Source of the DNA: Gemmatimonadota bacterium | GTDB taxonomy: Bacteria > Latescibacterota > UBA2968 > UBA8231 | NCBI GenBank assembly: GCA_038153405.1 | Contig: JAYOYH010000003.1 | Location: 66,460 to 130,459, forward strand | DNA length: 64,000 bases | Direction: 5' to 3' | Part shown: piece after piece, positions 50,266 through 57,131 of the stretch | Layout: each line of letters begins with the position of its first letter | Position numbering within the stretch: position 1 is the stretch's first letter | Program-made: the position numbers and the translations under genes | The notes under the pieces: generated by a model | Database searches by the model: none | What the model was told of the DNA's origin: nothing | Seen by the model: the letters and a program-made list of their open reading frames with translations, nothing else

Positions 50266-52899
50266 CTACTGCTGCAAACCGGCGAAGACGCGGATGAAAA
50301 CAATCGAGTTCGTCTCCGTTGCTTCTGCAAAAGCGCGCCGCTCCCAACGGAAACCGGTATTCATTGTCAGCGAGTAGCCTAAGTATGCCGACTGATTCGA
50401 CAATTGGAACGCCAACACAGTACCGGTAAAATCGTCGACGTAGCCCGGAGGCAGGATCTCGGGACGCTCTTCCAGGTTGCGGAAAAGGTTCCATTCGACA
50501 CCGTATTCCAAGAAGGTCGTCGGCAGGATATAGTACTTGGAGGTCAGCATGTAAAACTGCGACCACTCCGAAATATCCAATTCCGTGCTGAAGGTCGGAT
50601 TGATTTTGCGGTAGATGCTCTTCCAACGCGGCCAGAACGAAAGATTGTCGGTAATCGGCAAGGGATAGTCGACCTTGTTGATTACGCCGAGAAAAAGGCG
50701 ATCGCTTTTCGCCTCGGCTTCGTCACCGCGCTGCTTAAAGAAGTCGTATTTGACCTTGTTGTATACGTTGAGATTCTTCAGGCGCAAATAATCCAAGGTC
50801 AAATAGCCGGTATAAACAAAGGTGTCCTGCGTAATAAGGGGATCGACCACTTCGGTAAATCCATCCGGATCGACCCACTGAATCACATCGTCGGCAATAT
50901 CGTCCTGGACGGAACGCACATATTGGAAAACGCGGGCGTCGATACCGGGCCAATTCCATCGCCCGGTGGCGATGGCGTAATTCATAGCGGCCGTGCGCTT
51001 GCTGCTGATCTCGTCCATGGCCGAACGGCCGACGGTCAGCTTGACGTGTTCGTTGAGAAATGCGCCGCCGTAGACGTTGTACCCATCGCGATCCTGTCGG
51101 TAGGGATAGTCAGCATAAACGTCGTTTTCAAAGCGGTCGATGACGTTGTTGTTGTTCATATCAACGCCAAAGAGGAACTCGGGTGGATCGACGTTATAGC
51201 GCAGAAACGGCTCGGCAAAATCGGGCAGGCCGTTAGAGTTCTGGTTAAAGTCAGAAATAAAGTCCGAGTTCTCATCGTATCCGGGAAAGACCTGAGGATC
51301 GGCTTGTCCACCGATGCCAAAGGGCGATTCACCGAAGGCAAAGTCGCCATTCTGCCACAGGCGCTTCCAGTCGGGAAAGCGATCCTGGTCATCGTTATCG
51401 TCGACCGCTTCAAACGTGTAGCGATCCGGCTGCTCGTAGTCGACAAAGCCGCGGGCATCCGTTATAAAGGCATTGGTTCGATATTCGGGCTCCATGCGGT
51501 AGAGTTCGCCGTAGGCAAACCAAGGATAAGCATCCTGTGAAGCGGTCAGGTAGTAGGCCATGCCCTCGTCTTCAGCCAGTTCGTGCTCCTGAAAGTTCTG
51601 GTTTGGAAAGCGGCGATAGTCGCGGCTCATCGCCACTTCCGAGCGCAGATTAAACCCTTTTACATCGTCAATATCGAAACTGAGACCGATGATGTCCTTG
51701 CCGGTAGGCAAGCCGTACTCAAAGCGGATAAAGCGCTGGTTCGAGCCGTCGCTGACGTTGCCGTGAGCGCGTTCGACCATCAGGAAAACCGGTTCGCCCT
51801 GACTGTTGACCTGCAAGTTGGAGGTAATATCGATGCGGTAGTCGTTGGCAATAACCAGTTCGAATTCGATTTTCTGAATTTCCTGGAACGTGGTTATCTG
51901 ATCATCGGGCTGCTGGCGGAAGTCGCGCGAAATATTGTACGTGAGTTCAAGCGTCTCGGCGCCGTCTGCTTCAATAACCCCGGCACGGCGGACCCCGCCG
52001 CGCGGCGAAGGAACGATTTCGGGGTGATCAACGCCGTTGATAATAATGCGCTCGGCAAAAAGCTGGGCACCGCCGTCGCCGTCCTCAGGAGAGTCGTCGG
52101 AAAGGCGCAAGACGATGGTCTCTACGTTACCGCCGTTCTGCGCCTCGGTCAGCACGCCCTTCAGCGAGTTGTCCCCCAATTTACGCCCCGTTGCAAAGTT
52201 CGATACGTTGAGGTAGGTCAGGCCAAGGTTAGAGAAATCGCCCAACTGAACTTTGGAATGGATGCCGAAGAGGTTGGTCATATCGCCGAGAATTTGCCCC
52301 GTTGAATTCTCAAACTGAATCCGCGTGCCCGGCGATGCAAGCCGCGAGGCGATGATCGTCGTCTGGTATTTGTCTGAGGCGAAATCCCACTGCAAGCCGT
52401 TAAAGGCCGGCTTGGAAAAGGTCAGCGGAGTAAGGGTCGAGCGAATGGCTTCGCCAATGGTCATCGACGAGTAGAACTGTCCTTTGGACATCGAGGAAAC
52501 GACCATATTGCTAAACCAAGAGGAGTACTTGGGCCCCTTGCGCACAATACTGCCCGACGTCGTCGGACTATCGATCGTCCAGTCAAAAATCTCAAAGCCA
52601 CGCGTTATATAGTTGCCGTACATGTCGTAGGTGCGAAAGCCTTCCAGTTCGGTCGACACGTAGCGCTCGTAATTTTCGCGGGCGTAGTTGCTGTATTCTT
52701 CACCGGTCCAGCGATAGAAGTTGTACAGGCTCTGGGGATATTGCCACTTTCTCACCGACGGCGTCATCGCCATATCGTAGACATCCACACCATGTGGCTC
52801 TCGCCCTGTGACGAAGCCGAGGCGCTGTGCGTATACGCTGTCGCCCAACAGGACGACACCGATAACGGCAACGTAAAAAGCGCGTAACAAACACCTCAC
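50266..52899 (-). CDS. Large exported protein, probable outer-membrane beta-barrel with Asp/Asn-rich Ca-binding insert
   Basis: AGAGGGAGGG RBS + GTG, signal peptide ending VYA, alternating aromatic strands to C-terminal IVFIRVFAGL, DDNDDQD / DENSD / DMNNNNVID motifs. Confidence 0.65.
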   Translation of the reverse strand: MRCLLRAFYVAVIGVVLLGDSVYAQRLGFVTGREPHGVDVYDMAMTPSVRKWQYPQSLYNFYRWTGEEYSNYARENYERYVSTELEGFRTYDMYGNYITRGFEIFDWTIDSPTTSGSIVRKGPKYSSWFSNMVVSSMSKGQFYSSMTIGEAIRSTLTPLTFSKPAFNGLQWDFASDKYQTTIIASRLASPGTRIQFENSTGQILGDMTNLFGIHSKVQLGDFSNLGLTYLNVSNFATGRKLGDNSLKGVLTEAQNGGNVETIVLRLSDDSPEDGDGGAQLFAERIIINGVDHPEIVPSPRGGVRRAGVIEADGAETLELTYNISRDFRQQPDDQITTFQEIQKIEFELVIANDYRIDITSNLQVNSQGEPVFLMVERAHGNVSDGSNQRFIRFEYGLPTGKDIIGLSFDIDDVKGFNLRSEVAMSRDYRRFPNQNFQEHELAEDEGMAYYLTASQDAYPWFAYGELYRMEPEYRTNAFITDARGFVDYEQPDRYTFEAVDDNDDQDRFPDWKRLWQNGDFAFGESPFGIGGQADPQVFPGYDENSDFISDFNQNSNGLPDFAEPFLRYNVDPPEFLFGVDMNNNNVIDRFENDVYADYPYRQDRDGYNVYGGAFLNEHVKLTVGRSAMDEISSKRTAAMNYAIATGRWNWPGIDARVFQYVRSVQDDIADDVIQWVDPDGFTEVVDPLITQDTFVYTGYLTLDYLRLKNLNVYNKVKYDFFKQRGDEAEAKSDRLFLGVINKVDYPLPITDNLSFWPRWKSIYRKINPTFSTELDISEWSQFYMLTSKYYILPTTFLEYGVEWNLFRNLEERPEILPPGYVDDFTGTVLAFQLSNQSAYLGYSLTMNTGFRWERRAFAEATETNSIVFIRVFAGLQQ

Positions 52900-52948
52900 G
52901 ATGGGACCCTCCCTCTTTATGGATCGTTTATCTTTCAAGAGCACTTCA

Positions 52949-54919
52949 TCAGTAAGCCACGGCGATGGTGCCCATGCGCACAAAATCGCCTATGCCGCTC
53001 TGAACCTCCAACACGACCAGATAATTGCCCGGGGGAACCGCTTCGCCCGCTCCATTTTTCCCATCCCAGGACTCCGTATAGATTCCGCCTACCTGATCGC
53101 GATCAACTAATGTGCGAATGAGCCTGCCCGCCAAGTCGTATATGGCCACTTTGATCGGCTTGGGCTCCGAGATCTGGATCACCGTGTACTCGATATCGAT
53201 TGCATCGTTTACGCCGTCGCCATTGGGCGTAAATACAGGCGGATCAAACGCAACGCCGCGCACAATCTCGCCCACCGATTCTTGGGTAAGCGCCACGCGC
53301 AGAGAGTTCGTAGATACGTCGAAATTGGCATCGCCTTCGAGCACGGGCTGGCCGAGAATATCCGATTGGGTATCCCATACCGTGCCGGTGAAAATGGTGC
53401 CAAATACCACGGCAGACCCGCGGAACAGCACGCGCAGGGGCACGTTGTTGTCGAAGTCTATGCGATTTTGCGTAAAAATCACTTCGAGACCGTCTTCTGC
53501 AGCGGTAACCCGATCCGGCTGTACTGTCTGCAAGGGGCTGCCCATTTGTAACTCGACGAATTCAGCCGGGGTGGGCGTATCGATGCGCAGTGCATCAAAG
53601 CCATTTTCCGATGGATCTAGTATCGTTGCGCGTATGTCGTAGGCGAACAACACCTCTTCTCCACCGTCTATACTCGGCAACACCACGGCATCGTCTTTAT
53701 CGATAACGCCAATATTAACCGGGGGATTCGGATCATCGGCTAGGGAAATCTCGCCGACGACAGCGGCGGCGGGCGGAATCGAATGCTCTATTACGAGCGA
53801 GTCGATGCGCGCAGTTTGTGCCACCGATTCACTTTCCATCACGATTTGCAGTTGGAAATACGGACGCGGACTGGGCAGCGGGATGCGCTGCCCCGACGTC
53901 AGCGGCAGCGACCAGGCGCTCCAATTTTCCGTATCCTCTTCAATGCTGCCCTTCTCGCCCGAAGGCAGCGAATTGTAGTCCGACTCGCTTACGACGACCT
54001 GACTCACCGCGCGCGTATTCTCGTCAATAACGCGCTTGTAGTGGATGAGCGGACTGTCATCGAGACCCGTTTTCATGCGGATGGCGACCGACGTAGCACC
54101 GCCATCGGCGACCTCGATCAGCTGGCCGTCGATCAGTTCAAGGGTGCGCGTTGCCCACGAAATGGCTCCGTAGTTTGATACGCTGCCCAAATTGACGACG
54201 TTGCTGACGTAGGTCGCACGCGGGACGAATCCGTTGCCGTAGAGCTCGAATTCGGCCAGTTCAAATGGGTTGCGCGACCCCACGCGCAGGCGGATAAAGC
54301 GTATGAACTGCTGGGGGAACTTCATAGCGAAGACGCTGTTGGGATTGACCGGAATATCGCGCAGCAGCGAAAAGAGCGGCTGTTCGTTAACGTAGGACAC
54401 TCCGTCGCTGACGAAGACCGTATGCTTGCGCACGAAATCCTCGGCATAGGGACGCCCGTTGGCCGTCGTCCCCTCCTGGCGAGGATAGAAGCGCAAACTG
54501 TCGGCCGGCACGCGCGAGCCCAAATCAAAGACAAATGCGCGACCGTCTTGGTCAACGCCGGCGCGCTTAAAAAGATCCTCGGTAGACGTCAACCCATCGC
54601 CGTCGACAATGCGCAGCGCGTCGGAGCTTTGAAAGGCGGTATTATCCCACAGCGCCGCATCGCCTTCGCTCACGACGTCGTTGGGCTTTCCATAGCTCCA
54701 TTTGAGCGTCGCGATGATGTTTTCATCGGGAGTAAAACCGCGAATCTGGATCGAACCGGGATTCGACCGATCGTCAACTTGCGCCCGCACCTGAACGATA
54801 TCGCCCCACCGGATGCCGCTACTACCCCCCAATATCCACTGGTCTGCCCGCGCCGATGCCGTTACCAGCATCGCACCCAACCCCGCCAGAAGCGCCAAGC
54901 GATAGGTTGAAAAGCCCAT
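52949..54919 (-). CDS. Secreted protein with FlgD-Ig / FTPNGDG CTD (paralog E)
   Basis: Signal peptide (ARA), IVDGD..FDLG, ENWSAWS, GFDALRI, FTPNGDGVND, ends AVAY. Confidence 0.83.
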   Translation of the reverse strand: MGFSTYRLALLAGLGAMLVTASARADQWILGGSSGIRWGDIVQVRAQVDDRSNPGSIQIRGFTPDENIIATLKWSYGKPNDVVSEGDAALWDNTAFQSSDALRIVDGDGLTSTEDLFKRAGVDQDGRAFVFDLGSRVPADSLRFYPRQEGTTANGRPYAEDFVRKHTVFVSDGVSYVNEQPLFSLLRDIPVNPNSVFAMKFPQQFIRFIRLRVGSRNPFELAEFELYGNGFVPRATYVSNVVNLGSVSNYGAISWATRTLELIDGQLIEVADGGATSVAIRMKTGLDDSPLIHYKRVIDENTRAVSQVVVSESDYNSLPSGEKGSIEEDTENWSAWSLPLTSGQRIPLPSPRPYFQLQIVMESESVAQTARIDSLVIEHSIPPAAAVVGEISLADDPNPPVNIGVIDKDDAVVLPSIDGGEEVLFAYDIRATILDPSENGFDALRIDTPTPAEFVELQMGSPLQTVQPDRVTAAEDGLEVIFTQNRIDFDNNVPLRVLFRGSAVVFGTIFTGTVWDTQSDILGQPVLEGDANFDVSTNSLRVALTQESVGEIVRGVAFDPPVFTPNGDGVNDAIDIEYTVIQISEPKPIKVAIYDLAGRLIRTLVDRDQVGGIYTESWDGKNGAGEAVPPGNYLVVLEVQSGIGDFVRMGTIAVAY

Positions 54920-55665
54920 TACTGAACCGCCTCGCGCGGTTGCAGCGCCATATATATCTCGCGGTCAAATTTGTATTCGAGATCGATTGTTTCGACGGGC
55001 TCACCCTTATAGTCAAAGCGAATCGCCACGTCGGATACCCGCACGGAAAAGGCCCCAACGTCGTTGTGCAGTGTGGGAAAGACGATGTAGCCGGACGTCT
55101 CTTGACCGCTAAACACCATGTCGGGCGGATAGACGGTGCGCATTAATTGGTCGGTAATCGCCTCGTAGGCGCGGCGCTGCGTCCCTGCATAGGCACGCAA
55201 ATAGGGGCTGAAATAATCTTCGAGTAGGCCTTGGTCCAGCACTTCGTATACGCGATCATTGGCCGAGGTAATTACGAGCGCATCGGGATCCAAGAAAACC
55301 TTGGGATACTCGTAGTTCTTGACTTTCAGGAGCACGACGGTAAAGCGCTGCGGGGTCCAATCCTGCCCCCACGGCTTCCAATCGCCATAAGTATAGGGAT
55401 TGGTCGACTCTGCCCCGCGGTTCGAAGCCGATGCAAATTGGCGATTGAGAAAGTCGTCCCGGAGCACCTGTAGAGAAATTTCCAATCGATCTTTGGTGTA
55501 GACGATGGTTCCATCGTCGAGCACCGCCATACCTTCGTTTTGCGTCGATGCAGGCTCAGGCGCTGTCGCAAAGCGGCGCTGGCCAACCTGAGACACACAC
55601 CCCGTCAACGCGGCAGCCCAAGCGGCGATCAAGACCATATTGCAAACGATTTTCCGCACGTTCAT
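54919..55665 (-). CDS. Hypothetical lipoprotein
   Basis: AAGGAAGG RBS + ATG 55665, LTGC lipobox, NPYTYGDW motif; TAATG overlap with paralog E. Confidence 0.8.
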   Translation of the reverse strand: MNVRKIVCNMVLIAAWAAALTGCVSQVGQRRFATAPEPASTQNEGMAVLDDGTIVYTKDRLEISLQVLRDDFLNRQFASASNRGAESTNPYTYGDWKPWGQDWTPQRFTVVLLKVKNYEYPKVFLDPDALVITSANDRVYEVLDQGLLEDYFSPYLRAYAGTQRRAYEAITDQLMRTVYPPDMVFSGQETSGYIVFPTLHNDVGAFSVRVSDVAIRFDYKGEPVETIDLEYKFDREIYMALQPREAVQ

Positions 55666-55764
55666 GGAAAAAAGCCTTCCTTTTAGTCCCAAGCCCCACC
55701 GTTGCGCTCGGAGCATCTGGAAATTTCTCAGTCTGAATACAGTGGAGATAAACAGCAGCGATAG

Positions 55765-55800
55765 ATAAAGAGAGATGAGGTCGCCCCCATCTCTCTTTAT
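55765..55800 (-). terminator. 16-bp GNRA-capped hairpin after the lead gene
   Basis: ATAAAGAGAGATGGGG-GCGA-CCTCATCTCTCTTTAT. Confidence 0.75.
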
Positions 55801-55859
55801 CCACACCCAAAGAGCCTATAGTGACATTGCTCTCAATACAGGCTTCAAGGTCTCAGACC

Positions 55860-56762
55860 TTAGTTGGCCATGCGAGCCTTGAGACGACCCCAGCTGTCGG
55901 CTTCGACAGCGGTGGAACCGCCGCCCGAACCGCCCGTAGCGCCTTCGGTCGGAACCGTAATGAAGTCGGATCCGTTGGAGTTGTCTTGGAACGCGCCGTT
56001 AACCGGCGTGGTACCCGGCTGCTTCTCGCGACCGGCTTCCGGATTCTCCGTCTCGTCAAACTGGAAGGTCAGACCAAAGATCTGATCCGGACCAAAGTTG
56101 TGGCGCTGGCTACCGGCAGGACCCGTTTTGTCGTGGAAAGTCCACGCGGCCTGCTTAACCTCGTAGGTATAGGTAACCGTGCTACCAGCCGGCTGGGTCA
56201 GCGGACGGGCATCCGGCGGATCCAGAGTCCAGCTGTAGATGAACCAGGGCTCCTCGGTCGACCACAGGATGCTCTCCTGCGGGACGTTGAAGATCCAGGT
56301 ATCCTTCTGACCGGCAGCCGGCAGAATGCGAACGCCATACTGCTGACCAGAGGTCATCTCGGTCTCGTTGAAGTTTTCGCTCGAGTGATCCGGGTCGACG
56401 ATGATTTCCAGCGAGTCATCGTTCCAGTACTCCTGCGGGTTCTCGACGAAGAGACCCAGCGAGTCGTCCGTCACGCGGGCGAAATAGTACAGCGAGTTGT
56501 CCGGAGCAGAGCTCCAAGCGACGTACAGGACGCAGTCCCAGTCGTCTTTGGCCGGCGGCCATTCGCTACCCAGAATCTCGAACATCGTGTCCGGGGTAAT
56601 CGCAAAAGCCGGGTCGATCCAACCCCAGTCATCGTCGTTGCCGTCGATAACCATGGCATCGGGATTGGGAACCTGCGGCATGAAGTAAGAAGCCTGGTGA
56701 GCAAAAGCCACCGAAGTCGTCAACATCGCGCCCATGGCGAGAGCGATACCGAGTTTCTTCAT
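55860..56762 (-). CDS. Secreted CBM9/DOMON-like protein with Gly-rich linker and TAVE..SWGxxK C-terminal tail
   Basis: GGAGG RBS, signal peptide MKK...AFA, IDGNDDDW, YFARVTDD, DDSLEIIVDPD, YEVK, GGSGGGSTAVEADSWGRLKARMAN. Confidence 0.8.
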   Translation of the reverse strand: MKKLGIALAMGAMLTTSVAFAHQASYFMPQVPNPDAMVIDGNDDDWGWIDPAFAITPDTMFEILGSEWPPAKDDWDCVLYVAWSSAPDNSLYYFARVTDDSLGLFVENPQEYWNDDSLEIIVDPDHSSENFNETEMTSGQQYGVRILPAAGQKDTWIFNVPQESILWSTEEPWFIYSWTLDPPDARPLTQPAGSTVTYTYEVKQAAWTFHDKTGPAGSQRHNFGPDQIFGLTFQFDETENPEAGREKQPGTTPVNGAFQDNSNGSDFITVPTEGATGGSGGGSTAVEADSWGRLKARMAN

Positions 56763-56919
56763 CGCAAAACCTCCAATAGCTCGGAAATGGTTGAAAGCCC
56801 GGACGAACGGTCCGGGAGGGATTAGCATCGGGGAAAATCAATTCAAGAGCGTTTAGGTGAGCTACCTCCTTTTGTCTAAAAACGGCTGGAGAATAAAGAC
56901 TCAACTCTGTTAGGCTGGA

Positions 56920-56948
56920 AAAATACCACGCGTTATAGGGTTAGTCAA
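56920..56948 (-). promoter_or_regulatory. Sigma70 promoter at the head of the large cluster
   Basis: TTGACT-N17-TATTTT with extended TGn and an AT-rich upstream tract. Confidence 0.65.
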
Positions 56949-57131
56949 GGCAATTGTAAAAAATTATTTAATTGAAATTTAACTCCTTTACGGGGCTTTT
57001 CTGCCGGTCTAATTCAGTCCCCTGCCTGCGATTTAGTCGACGGGACAGACGAGACATTGACAACGGACTCGTTGGAACCATTGATTAGGGCAGAGAAAAC
57101 CCTGCCCCCATCACGGGCACCTGCCTAAGGA

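Noticed and set aside
50404..52305. 378-aa and 240-aa plus-strand ORFs
   Set aside because: Antisense shadows of the barrel-like gene
55821..56825. 334-aa plus-strand ORF
   Set aside because: Antisense shadow of a codon-biased real gene; no RBS or motifs
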